Assembly: GCA_964549615.1 (NCBI GenBank)
Contig: CAZJVP010000057.1
Location: forward strand, 1 to 57,116
Length of the DNA: 57,116 bases
Direction: 5' to 3'
DNA from: an uncultured Thermococci archaeon
Lineage (GTDB): Archaea > CAYQAE01 > CAYVLA01
A program made the position numbers and the translations under genes. Under the pieces are notes generated by a model that was given only the letters and a program-made list of their open reading frames with translations, did not search any database and was not told the origin of the DNA. Below, piece after piece: positions 37,382 to 46,640 of this stretch (position 1 is the stretch's first letter; the number at the start of each line of letters is the position of its first letter).

Positions 37382-37675
37382 CTAGTGCACCCCTTCCTCC
37401 CTCTTCTCGACCGAGACCTCGTCGACGCTATGGACGCTCGCGCTGCACCCCTGGATCACGTCGAGCACGGCATCGTAGTCAACTCCAGGGCCTTCCACCG
37501 ACAGGACGACTGTCTCCGTTTCCGCATCGACTTCCCGGAGCACCGTGTGAACCGACCTAACCCCAGCAAGTTCGGCGAGAAGCTTGCTCAGTTCAAGAAT
37601 GCTGGGCTGGTGAGGCTTAAGTACGTCCAACACGACCTTCGTGACCCGGACGACTTGCGCTCCGGCCTTAGGCAA
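37382..37675 (-). CDS. DUF211 family protein
   Basis: KVVLDVLKPHQPSI...EVDAETE...SVHSVDEV. Confidence 0.88.
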   Translation of the reverse strand: MPKAGAQVVRVTKVVLDVLKPHQPSILELSKLLAELAGVRSVHTVLREVDAETETVVLSVEGPGVDYDAVLDVIQGCSASVHSVDEVSVEKREEGVH

Positions 37676-37806
37676 CTTGCATCCACCTACGGGATCGCCG
37701 GACCCCTTTCCCTGATAAATCTTAGGTAGGCTCGATCACCGTTCTTGAAGGGAGACCAAACGCCCTCGCACCCATGCCGATCGGCTTCCAACTCTTGCCT
37801 CTCGCA

Positions 37807-38111
37807 TCCAGATCCGAAGTTAACAGGGCCCCCGGAGACGAGCACCGAGGCACACCGGTGGCTTCGCTGGTCTTTAGGCTGGTCCGCCGCTCGCATTCAC
37901 GGTGGCATGGATAGCCCCACATCTCGGTCGCCCCAACTAGATTAGACCGGGCCGAGCGGAGGACCGATCTGGAGCCTCAAACGGCAAACCTCGTCGCGAT
38001 GAAGACGGAGAAGTCTCCAGCAGGGTCCTCATCCGCGAAGACCGGATGAGATCTCCCATGCGTTCCGCTTAACCTCCCGATCGTGTCACCTGCGCGAAGT
38101 GGCTCGCAGGT
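37807..38111 (+). ncRNA. Candidate unannotated structured RNA in an intergenic gap
   Basis: Nested long helices plus two hairpins (see findings); no convincing ORF. Confidence 0.3.
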
Positions 38112-38192
38112 CTGCAGGAATCTAGAAGAGCCAACCGGCCGCGAGCGCCGAGAAGGCCCCGAGCCGAGATTCCGATTAGCTGCCTTCGAACC

Positions 38193-38951
38193 CTAGATCG
38201 GAAGCTGATCGAAGGTGTAGACGCCCATCTTCAGTTCTCGGCGGAAGCTCTCGCCCAGGGCCGTCCTGCCCTTTGTCCCCTGGAGGATGTGCCTCGCGTT
38301 CTCCATGATCTCCTCGACCGATCTTCCCAGCTCGTAGGGATCGTCCTTGACTTCCTCGAAGTTCGGAACCAAGGACCTGAAGACGCTCTCGGGAGCGATG
38401 CTTCTCCAGGATTCGAGTCCGAAGATCACCTGGAACCGCAAAGCATCTTCCGCCTTCCTCTTGGTCGCGTAGTAGCCGGAGATATCCACAACACAATCAG
38501 GATTCTCGAAGGTGGGGTAGTAGATGGCCTTGACGGAGTGAGGCTTCAGGCCCTCTTCGATCTGCTCGGGTGCGAACGCCGCCCGGCTGGCATGCGACAC
38601 GGCATCCCTGAAGATCTCGTAGGTGGCAAGCTTATCCGGGTCGCCTGGGGACCAGACATCGTTCGGATCGCACATGATGACTATCTCGGGCTTGCGCTCT
38701 CGGATGATGCGCACAACCTTCTTCTTTTCCTCAATCGTGGGCCAAACGTTGCCGCGCGGCAGGTCCAAGAAGTAGAGATCCACGTCCAAGATGGTCGCAG
38801 CTTCCTTGACCTCTTCCTTCTGATCATCCTCATACTCCATGGCGACGACCGCGCCCGACCAACCGCCCGCCCTCTTGTGTTTCATCAGGGTTCCGCCGAC
38901 GCGGACGAACTCGGCGGCGTAGGTGGCTAGACAAAGTATGTTCGAGGCCAT
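38193..38951 (-). CDS. PIG-L/LmbE deacetylase-fold protein (GalB-like) with altered metal motifs
   Basis: GGTL.KH...G, EVKEAATILDV, VVRIIRERKPEIVI, PDCVVDISGYYATKRKA...Q, GESF. Confidence 0.75.
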   Translation of the reverse strand: MASNILCLATYAAEFVRVGGTLMKHKRAGGWSGAVVAMEYEDDQKEEVKEAATILDVDLYFLDLPRGNVWPTIEEKKKVVRIIRERKPEIVIMCDPNDVWSPGDPDKLATYEIFRDAVSHASRAAFAPEQIEEGLKPHSVKAIYYPTFENPDCVVDISGYYATKRKAEDALRFQVIFGLESWRSIAPESVFRSLVPNFEEVKDDPYELGRSVEEIMENARHILQGTKGRTALGESFRRELKMGVYTFDQLPI

Positions 38952-39103
38952 CTCGATCGATCATACCGGATGCGATCTCCATAAAAATCCCATCCTCCGG
39001 CCAACCGCCAAGCATGTTTCTTTCCCAACCCGGGCACATCCCAGGTGCACGAAACAGGTATAAGACCTGCCGAAGACGTTGCCCAGCTGCACTTCCTGAG
39101 GCG

Positions 39104-39973
39104 ATGCAATTGAGGATCGGTTTCATAGGCCTCGGCATCATGGGGACGCCCATGTCGCTGAATCTTCTGAAGGCTGGGCATTCGCTGACCGTCTACAACC
39201 GAACGAGGGCAAAGTGCAAACCCCTACAGGACGCCGGGGCAAAGATTGCCGGAAACCCCGCACAGGTCGCCGCGTCAACGGACGTCATCATAACCATGGT
39301 GACCGATACGCCGGACGTCGAGCAAGTGCTCTTCGGCCCCGAAGGGGTGGCCAAGGCCATTTGCCCGGGAAAGACAGTGATCGACATGAGCACGATCTCG
39401 CCCGACAAGACCGAGAAGTTCGCGTCCCGAATCGCTGGCCTAGGAGCCGAGATGTTGGACGCCCCGGTTAGCGGAGGTCAGAAAGGCGCGGTGGAAGGAA
39501 CGCTGACAATAATGGTCGGTGGAAGGAAGGAAGTGTTCAACAGATGCATGCCGATCTTCCGGGCTCTAGGCAAGAACATATTCTACGTCGGACCCCACGG
39601 GTACGGACAGAGGATGAAGCTCGTCAATCAGGTCATCTGCGGTCTCAACATACTAGCCGTCGTGGAAGGGCTGAGATTTGCGAAGGCAGCTGGACTGGAC
39701 ATGAAGACCACGCTCGACGTTGTCTCAACGGGCGCCGCAGCTTCCTGGATGCTTTCCAACCTGGGGAGAGCCATATTGGCGGATGATTTCTCGCCCGGCT
39801 TCAGGATCGCCCTGCAATGCAAGGACTTGAGGCTGGCCAGGGAGTCCATGCTGCGCCTGGGGATGAGGGCACCTGGAACAGAACTCACGCACTCGCTCTT
39901 CGAAGAAGCCGTAAGGAAGGGCCTCGGCGATCTCGGGACGCAGGGGCTCATCAAGCTATTCGAAGCCGGATAG
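39104..39973 (+). CDS. NAD(P)-dependent beta-hydroxyacid dehydrogenase (3-hydroxyisobutyrate DH / tartronate semialdehyde reductase family)
   Basis: IGFIGLGIMG, YNRT, IDMSTISP, LDAPVSGG..GA..GTLTIMVGG, MKLVNQ, KDL. Confidence 0.93.
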   Translation: MQLRIGFIGLGIMGTPMSLNLLKAGHSLTVYNRTRAKCKPLQDAGAKIAGNPAQVAASTDVIITMVTDTPDVEQVLFGPEGVAKAICPGKTVIDMSTISPDKTEKFASRIAGLGAEMLDAPVSGGQKGAVEGTLTIMVGGRKEVFNRCMPIFRALGKNIFYVGPHGYGQRMKLVNQVICGLNILAVVEGLRFAKAAGLDMKTTLDVVSTGAAASWMLSNLGRAILADDFSPGFRIALQCKDLRLARESMLRLGMRAPGTELTHSLFEEAVRKGLGDLGTQGLIKLFEAG

Positions 39974-40101
39974 AAACGGAAGCTCCGTCGACCAAGTCAC
40001 GAATACTCTGACGCGCTCCGCCATGCAGACCTTTCTTCCTGCGTGACCGATGCAAAACACAGTTTTCAACCGAATGCGGAATCCGCGGGGCGGGAAACAA
40101 C

Positions 40102-42525
40102 TTGACAAAACCCAAACTGCACATGGTCGGGAACGCGCACATCGATCCAGTCTGGCTGTGGCGATGGCAGGACGGATTGGAGGTGGTCTTGTCGACCTGC
40201 CGAGATGCCGTCGCCCTTCTCAAGAGATATCCCTGCTACGTCTTCTCGAGGAGTTCGGCCGGAGCCTACAAATGGCTGGAACAGACGGATCCTCAGACGT
40301 TCGAGGAGATACGGAGGCTCGTTACTGAGGAAAGATGGAATATTGTGAACGGGTGGTGGGAGCAGCCGGACTGCAACATCCCTTGCGGCGAGTCTCTGAT
40401 CCGCCAGGGTCTCTACGGACAGCTCTACTTCCTGGAGAAGTTCGGCAAGGCGGCGAGGGTCGGCTACAACGTGGACACGTTCGGCCACTGCGGTACGTTG
40501 CCCCAGATACTGAGAAAGTGTGGCCTCGAGTACTACGTCTTCAGCAGGCCGGGCCGCCATGAGAAGACCCTCCCGAACGATCTTTTCCGGTGGATGGGGC
40601 CCGACGGTAGCCAGGTCCTTGCATGCCGAATCGAGGGATACGCAACGGGAAACGTCGAAGGCCTCGAAAGAAGGATCGAAAGGGCCCTTGCGCGATGCCG
40701 CGAGACCGGCATGGACTGGATGGCCTTCTACGGCAGAGGCGATCACGGCGGAGGGCCGACCGAGGAGATGATACTCAAGATACAGGAGCTGTCCGCAAAG
40801 GTCCAAGACGTTGACATAGTCTTCAGCACCCCCGACTCATTTTTCGAATCGGTCAAGGGGCGAGCGCCCGACCTGCCTGTTGTGAAGGACGAACTGCAGC
40901 ATCACTCGCGGGGATGCTATACGGTTGTATCGGAGATCAAGGCAAGGAACAGGAAGCTCGAGACCTCCCTGCTGAACGCGGAGAAGTTCTGCTCAATGGC
41001 CAGCATGCTCTTTGGCGTCCAGTACCCGCGTAGCAACTTGAGACAATCATGGGAGACCCTCCTCTTCAACCAGTTCCACGACGTATTGGCTGGCACCTCG
41101 ATCAAGCCCGCCTACATGGACGCCTTCAGGGCACTCGATGTTGCTGAGGGCGTTGCCGGTTCGGCGAGGGACTTGGCCCTCGCAGCCTTCTCCGCCAGGG
41201 TAAGAACCGTTGGGAAAGAGGGCCAACAGCTTCTCGTGTTCAACCCCGCCTACTGCGAGAGGGAGGATCCCGTGGAGTTCCAGGCCGTCTTGCCGCCGGG
41301 AGGCGATCTAGTTGCCTTGGACGAGAAGGGAGGGAAACACCCCATCCAGATCCTGTCCTCAGAAAAGGTTGATGGGAACCGGCTGGTATCCGGCGTCTTT
41401 GTGGCTAGGCTGCCGGCCTTGGGCTACAGGGTATTCTGGATAACCCAAGGCAAGGGCCCGGCCGCCTCCGACCTCCAAGCGTCCTCGAACGGGGTGGAGA
41501 ACACGTTCGTGAGGATTTCGGTCGACCCGAAGTCCGGGTTCATCGCAAGCATATTCGATAAGAGAATGGGAGCGGAGCTGCTCGCCTCGCCTAGTAGGTT
41601 CGTGGTCATCCGGGACGAAAGCGATACCTGGAGCCACGACGTCGCATCCTTCAGGGATGAGATAGGAACATTCGATCTGGAAAGGCCCCCTATCGTAAGG
41701 GCTGGGCCCGTCAGGGCATCCCTCACGATATTCGGCAGGCATGGCAGGTCCAAGGTGATCCAGACCTACATCGTCCACGCGGGAATTCCGCTCGTTGAAT
41801 GCAGGATCGACCTGGACTGGCACGAGAAACACAAGATGCTCAAGCTATCCTTCCCGGTCGCGGTGCAGAGCCCAACGGCAACCTACGAGATTCCGTATGG
41901 AATCATGAGGCGCGCCACCACCGGCGAAGAGGAGCCCGGCCAAAGGTGGCTCGATGTCTCGGGGAGGTCCGACGACGGGTCAAGACTGGGCCTTCTCTTG
42001 ATCAACGACTGCAAGTACGGCTTCGACGTTCTGGGGTCGGAGATGAGGATCAGCCTCGTGAGAAGTCCCATCTACGCCTTCCATGCGCCGCGCAAGGTCG
42101 AGCCGGGCAAGAGATACCTCTACACGGATCAAGGCAGACAAAGCATCAAGCTCGGCCTGCTCGCCCACGCTGGTTTTCAGCCGCACGTGTCCTTCGCGTA
42201 CGCCGAAAGGCTGAACAATCCGCCGATCATTCCGTTCTCGAATGCCCACGACGGACCTCTGCCCTCGACCTCCAGCCTCCTAAAAGTCAGCCCTCGCAAC
42301 GTCGTGCTGGGAGCTTTGAAGATGGGCGAACGCGACGAGAGCGTGGTCCTGCGCCTCTTCGAATCGGCAGGGAGGAGAACGAAGTCGAAGGTGAGATTCC
42401 CCCTCTGGGGACTGGAGTTTTCATTCCCCCTTGCCCCATGGGAGATAAAGACCGTCAAGATCTCGAAAGCGGGCCGGGCAACGGAGACCAATATGTTGGA
42501 GATGCCACCAGCCAGCGGATCCTAG
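40102..42525 (+). CDS. Glycoside hydrolase family 38 alpha-mannosidase
   Basis: HMVGNAHIDPVWLW, W.QPDCNIPCGESLIRQ, VDTFGH, YGRGDHGGGPT, NQFHDVLAGT, NDCKYG. Confidence 0.95.
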   Translation: MTKPKLHMVGNAHIDPVWLWRWQDGLEVVLSTCRDAVALLKRYPCYVFSRSSAGAYKWLEQTDPQTFEEIRRLVTEERWNIVNGWWEQPDCNIPCGESLIRQGLYGQLYFLEKFGKAARVGYNVDTFGHCGTLPQILRKCGLEYYVFSRPGRHEKTLPNDLFRWMGPDGSQVLACRIEGYATGNVEGLERRIERALARCRETGMDWMAFYGRGDHGGGPTEEMILKIQELSAKVQDVDIVFSTPDSFFESVKGRAPDLPVVKDELQHHSRGCYTVVSEIKARNRKLETSLLNAEKFCSMASMLFGVQYPRSNLRQSWETLLFNQFHDVLAGTSIKPAYMDAFRALDVAEGVAGSARDLALAAFSARVRTVGKEGQQLLVFNPAYCEREDPVEFQAVLPPGGDLVALDEKGGKHPIQILSSEKVDGNRLVSGVFVARLPALGYRVFWITQGKGPAASDLQASSNGVENTFVRISVDPKSGFIASIFDKRMGAELLASPSRFVVIRDESDTWSHDVASFRDEIGTFDLERPPIVRAGPVRASLTIFGRHGRSKVIQTYIVHAGIPLVECRIDLDWHEKHKMLKLSFPVAVQSPTATYEIPYGIMRRATTGEEEPGQRWLDVSGRSDDGSRLGLLLINDCKYGFDVLGSEMRISLVRSPIYAFHAPRKVEPGKRYLYTDQGRQSIKLGLLAHAGFQPHVSFAYAERLNNPPIIPFSNAHDGPLPSTSSLLKVSPRNVVLGALKMGERDESVVLRLFESAGRRTKSKVRFPLWGLEFSFPLAPWEIKTVKISKAGRATETNMLEMPPASGS

Positions 42526-42628
42526 GCCGCCCGAACCAAGTCAGCGGGGGTCCCCGTCCTTTTTCGACGTCTCCGACCAGGACAACACATTTCCAGACTC
42601 TGGGTAGCCGCACGACCGAGGCGGAATC

Positions 42629-44443
42629 TTGAATCCCAGCGCCGCAATGCAAAGGATATCCCAGAACCTTATCATGTTCAGGGACACTTGCAACGTCTAC
42701 GTTGTCAAGGATGGAAGCCGCGCGCTCCTGGTCGACTTCGGATCGGGCCGCATCCTGAAGGCTTTGGAGTTGTTGGGCGTGAGGAATCTGGACTGGGTCC
42801 TCCACACCCACCACCATCGGGATCAGTGCCAGGGCGACCCGCTCCTGCCCAAGGGAACCAAGATCGCGGTGCCCTACCACGAGAGGCCTCTTTTCGAGGA
42901 CGCCGAGAACTTCTGGAGGAACAAGCAGATATTCGACAGCTACAACGACCAGTCGACCTATTTCACCCTGACCCGGAACGTCAGGGTAGACCGATCGCTT
43001 GAGGACTACGACTTCTTCGAGTGGCGCTCGTACCGATTCCTCATCCTCCCTGCGCTTGGACACACCCATGGATCCATCGTTCTTATGACGGAGTTGGACG
43101 GAAGGAAGCTGGCGTTCACCGGCGATCTGATCTACGCGCCCGGGAAGGTCTGGAATCTGATCGATCTCCAGCACTCATACGGCGGTGCGGAGGGAATAGA
43201 CCTGAACCTGTTCTCGCTACGCGACCTAAAGAGGATGCAGCCCGACATCGTCCTGCCCTCACACGGGGATCCCATGGACAACCCGGACGAGGCGATTTCC
43301 AAGACCATGGAGAATCTGAGACGTTACCACCTTTACCTCACCGGACAGCCTCCCACGATCGACCGCACCTTCAAGAGGCTCAGCCCCCACCTCCTCGTTG
43401 CGCCCCACGCCTGCTGCACGTTCTACGTTCTGCTGAGCGACTCGGGGAAGGCGATGCTGATCGACTACGGAGCTGCGAGCGGCAACCACTTCTACGCCCA
43501 TCTGCGGCAGTTCGAGTCTTGGGAGAAGCAGAGGTTCGTCGAGCACTCGATCCATGAGCTGAAGACCGATTGGGGGGTGAAGTCGGTGGAGGTCGTGATC
43601 CCAACCCACTACCACGACGACCACACGTGCGGCATCCCGCATCTACAGAGGCACCACGGGGTCAAGCTTTGGGCTCTTGACCTGATGGCGAACATCTTGG
43701 AGAACCCTCAAGAATACAACGTCCCCTGCCTCCTGCCGTATCCCATGAAGGTCGACCGCCGGATCGCAGATGGCGAAACGGTCAAGTGGGAAGAGTACGA
43801 ACTCAAGGTCGTGCACTTCCCGGGCCAAACCGAGTTCCACATGGCCATGGCTGTCACGGTGGACGGTCAGAGGGTTGCGTTTGTCGGGGACAGCATATGG
43901 GACGCTGGAGCGGCGCTGGCCCAGCCCATCATCCACCGCAACGTCGTCACGGCCGCGAGGCATATGAAATGTGCGGAGAAACTGGAGCAGCTCCAACCCG
44001 TCGTCCTGGCTGGCGGACACGGCAGCTGGATCCCCGTCGACCGAGAGAAGATCCGTACACTGGCCGTGAGAGCGCAATCCACGCGAGAAATGTTCCAAAT
44101 CCTCCTGCCAGATCCCCCCGAGATCGGCGTCAACCCGCGCTGGATCGCGATCGTTCCATATCAGCTAACGGCAAGGAGAGGTGGCACCGCCCGCGTGTGC
44201 GTAGAGGTCCAAAACTACTGGGCCCGCAGCGTGGTCGCGAAGGCAAGCCTCGCCCTGCCCCCGGGCTGGACCTCGACCCCGAGGACCGCGTCAGTTCGGA
44301 TCGACCCCGGGGCCCGATCCAGCATGGGGTTCAGGCTAAAGGTCGGCAAGTCAAGGAACGACAGGGTAGCGATAGCCGCCGACGTAACGATAGACTCAGT
44401 TCACCTTGGACAGATCGCGGAAGCTGTGGTGAGTCTCACCTAA
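42629..44443 (+). CDS. Tandem metallo-beta-lactamase-fold hydrolase with C-terminal Ig-like (NEW3-like) domain
   Basis: Two MBL modules: THHHRDQ..GHT..FTGD..PSHG and THYHDDH..PGQT..FVGD..GGHG; C-terminal LPPGW beta domain. Confidence 0.88.
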   Translation: MNPSAAMQRISQNLIMFRDTCNVYVVKDGSRALLVDFGSGRILKALELLGVRNLDWVLHTHHHRDQCQGDPLLPKGTKIAVPYHERPLFEDAENFWRNKQIFDSYNDQSTYFTLTRNVRVDRSLEDYDFFEWRSYRFLILPALGHTHGSIVLMTELDGRKLAFTGDLIYAPGKVWNLIDLQHSYGGAEGIDLNLFSLRDLKRMQPDIVLPSHGDPMDNPDEAISKTMENLRRYHLYLTGQPPTIDRTFKRLSPHLLVAPHACCTFYVLLSDSGKAMLIDYGAASGNHFYAHLRQFESWEKQRFVEHSIHELKTDWGVKSVEVVIPTHYHDDHTCGIPHLQRHHGVKLWALDLMANILENPQEYNVPCLLPYPMKVDRRIADGETVKWEEYELKVVHFPGQTEFHMAMAVTVDGQRVAFVGDSIWDAGAALAQPIIHRNVVTAARHMKCAEKLEQLQPVVLAGGHGSWIPVDREKIRTLAVRAQSTREMFQILLPDPPEIGVNPRWIAIVPYQLTARRGGTARVCVEVQNYWARSVVAKASLALPPGWTSTPRTASVRIDPGARSSMGFRLKVGKSRNDRVAIAADVTIDSVHLGQIAEAVVSLT

Positions 44444-44548
44444 CACACCGTCCGCCATCACAAGCTGCCGGCTGAACAACGCCGCTAAAGGCCCAGGGGC
44501 GCAGGGCGCAGGCAAACCTTTATGTCCCGACAGCCCGTAGGCCGGCGC

Positions 44549-45580
44549 ATGAACCGACGGGAGAGAGTCTTGAGGGCGGTCGAACTGAGGCGGCCCGATC
44601 GCTGCCCGATCGTCCACTCCATCCTGCCCGCCGCTTTGCTCAGACACGGCCAGGCGTTGGTCGATCTCCTCGCCAAGTATCCCAATGACTTCGGATCATC
44701 GGAGCACTCGATCCCAAGGATAGAGGAGCTCCCGCCCGACTACAGGGCTGGAAGGAACCAGGACAGCTGGGGCACGGTCTGGCAATCAGCCACGGACGGC
44801 ATACACGGACAGGTCGCTGACTATCCAATACATACCTGGGAGGAGGCCGAGGAGTATGAGTTCCCGCCCCTGCCGAGCGACGAGGAAATCGCCAAGAGGA
44901 AGGCAAGCGTTGCCGAGGCCAAGAAAGACCTCTTCGTGATGAACGGCTTCAACCCGGGCAACTACTTCGAGCGCCTGCAATGGCTTTTGGGGTTTAGAAC
45001 GGTCCTCTCCTGCCTCGTCCGGCAACCTTCCCAGTTCGTCCGCTTCGCTGACAGGTTACTTGATTATTGCCTCGAATCCATCGGAAGAACCCTCGAGGCA
45101 AAGCCTGACTGCGTGACGTTTGCCGACGACTGGGGGGCCCAGGATCGCCTCCTCATCAAGCCCGATATCTGGCGCAGCTTCTTCAAGCCCCGCTACAAGA
45201 AGATGTTCGACCTCGTTCACGAAAGCGGGGCTTTCGTCCAGCTGCACTCGGACGGGTACATCGTGGACATACTCGACGACCTGTACGAGATCGGGGTGGA
45301 CATCCTCAACCCGCAGTTCTCCTGCCACGACCTCGATGACTTTGCCTCGAGGACGAGGGGCAGGTTCTGCATTAACTCGGACGTCGACAGGCAATACATA
45401 CTCCCGCATGCATCCCCACGCGAGGTGGCGTCGCACATCCGTTATCTGATCCGGATATTCGGGCAGGAAAACGAGGGCGGGCTCTTCGGCAGAGGTGAGC
45501 TGAACATGGATGTGCCGTTGGAGAACGTGAAGGCGATGTTTGATTCGTTCGTCAGATTCGGCAAGTACACATGGAGATGA
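44549..45580 (+). CDS. Uroporphyrinogen decarboxylase (UroD/MtaA-CmuA) fold protein
   Basis: MNRRERV..A.....PDRCP, DSWGTVW, FER..L.G, FADDWG.Q..LLI.P..WR.FFKP, LHSDG, DVDRQ..LP, VPLEN. Confidence 0.88.
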   Translation: MNRRERVLRAVELRRPDRCPIVHSILPAALLRHGQALVDLLAKYPNDFGSSEHSIPRIEELPPDYRAGRNQDSWGTVWQSATDGIHGQVADYPIHTWEEAEEYEFPPLPSDEEIAKRKASVAEAKKDLFVMNGFNPGNYFERLQWLLGFRTVLSCLVRQPSQFVRFADRLLDYCLESIGRTLEAKPDCVTFADDWGAQDRLLIKPDIWRSFFKPRYKKMFDLVHESGAFVQLHSDGYIVDILDDLYEIGVDILNPQFSCHDLDDFASRTRGRFCINSDVDRQYILPHASPREVASHIRYLIRIFGQENEGGLFGRGELNMDVPLENVKAMFDSFVRFGKYTWR

Positions 45581-45581
45581 A

Positions 45582-46640
45582 GTGGGTCTTTTCAGTAGGT
45601 CCATCTTCGGAGGGGAGGAGTCGAACACGCAGATCCGCATCGCTTGGAAGCTGGGCCCGGAGTTCCCCGACCTCGTCAAGGGAGGCGCCATGGGGACGGT
45701 CGATGGAATGGTCGTGCATGCCGCGGGGATGACCTATCCTTGGAGGGAGAACGAAACCGGCTGGTGGCTTGACCCCGCAGAGCCGGAGTGGCAACCCCTC
45801 CCGCCGCTGCGGACGGGAAGGGCCTACACCATTGGTGCATCGGACCAGGACTCCCTGTTCGTGGTGGGCGGACGACGGGGTTGGCTGCCCCGCAGAGACG
45901 CCTTCAGGCTGGTTCGGGCGGCACAGGGATGGGAGTGGCAGAACCTGCCGGAACTCCGGTACCCGAGGGGTGCCCCGGCCCTCGCCCTGTCGGGGTCGCG
46001 ACTCTACGCGATCGGAGGGGGCAGCTGGGGGACTGGGACCTTCCTCGCGGACGACGTCCCCGGGGATGAGGTGCTCGACCTGGAGAGGCTTAAAGACGGC
46101 TGGAAAGAGATCCCGAAGTGTCCTGGCAGGAGACGATCCAACTGCTGTGCCGCGGCCTTGGGCAGCAAGGTGTACGTGTTCGGCGGCGTGTACGCTTGGA
46201 AGGAGCGGGAGGTGCAGAAGGTCATTCGGCTTGATGATGCGTGGCTTTTCGACGCGGAATCTGGCGACTGGATGGAGATAGCCCCCCTTCCGTGCAATGG
46301 GCTGAGCGGGGCCGCTGCACTTCCGCTCGACGACCGGCACATAATCATCGTTGGCGGAGCGATGCCGACCTCTAAGAACGGAGGGGACGCTGTCCTGACC
46401 TACAGGGAGGATCCCAAGCGCGGGGTCAGGGTGGGCTGGTATAACGAGAACGTGATCGTCTACGATGCGCGGAAGGACCGCTATCAGACGGCCGACGGGC
46501 GACTTCCGATGGGCACACACGACATAAGAGCAGCGATCCTGGAACGTACCGTCTACACGGTGGGCGGCGAGAACCTCGACCCCTCAACGAGCAACACCTG
46601 CTCCGCGGTGCAGGTCGGAGCCTTGGAGGTCAGACCTTGA
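45582..46640 (+). CDS. Kelch-repeat beta-propeller protein (NanM-like)
   Basis: Repeated GG...W units: LFVVGG, LYAIGG, VYVFGG, IIIVGG, VYTVGG; GTG start right after the upstream stop. Confidence 0.85.
   Translation: MGLFSRSIFGGEESNTQIRIAWKLGPEFPDLVKGGAMGTVDGMVVHAAGMTYPWRENETGWWLDPAEPEWQPLPPLRTGRAYTIGASDQDSLFVVGGRRGWLPRRDAFRLVRAAQGWEWQNLPELRYPRGAPALALSGSRLYAIGGGSWGTGTFLADDVPGDEVLDLERLKDGWKEIPKCPGRRRSNCCAAALGSKVYVFGGVYAWKEREVQKVIRLDDAWLFDAESGDWMEIAPLPCNGLSGAAALPLDDRHIIIVGGAMPTSKNGGDAVLTYREDPKRGVRVGWYNENVIVYDARKDRYQTADGRLPMGTHDIRAAILERTVYTVGGENLDPSTSNTCSAVQVGALEVRP

Noticed and set aside
37730-38175. RNase P RNA, SRP RNA or c-di-GMP-I riboswitch (AAACGGCAAACC and CAGG...AGCA look-alikes)
   Set aside because: No GAGGAAAGUCC / ACAGAA..GGCUUA pair on either strand, no proper SRP helix-8 GNRA loop, and no GAAA...GCAAAG riboswitch core; kept only as an unknown structured candidate
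40051-40068. Imperfect palindrome TGCAAAAC-ACA-GTTTTCA upstream of GH38 as an operator
   Set aside because: Adequately explained as A-rich BRE plus T-rich TATA; no second copy found
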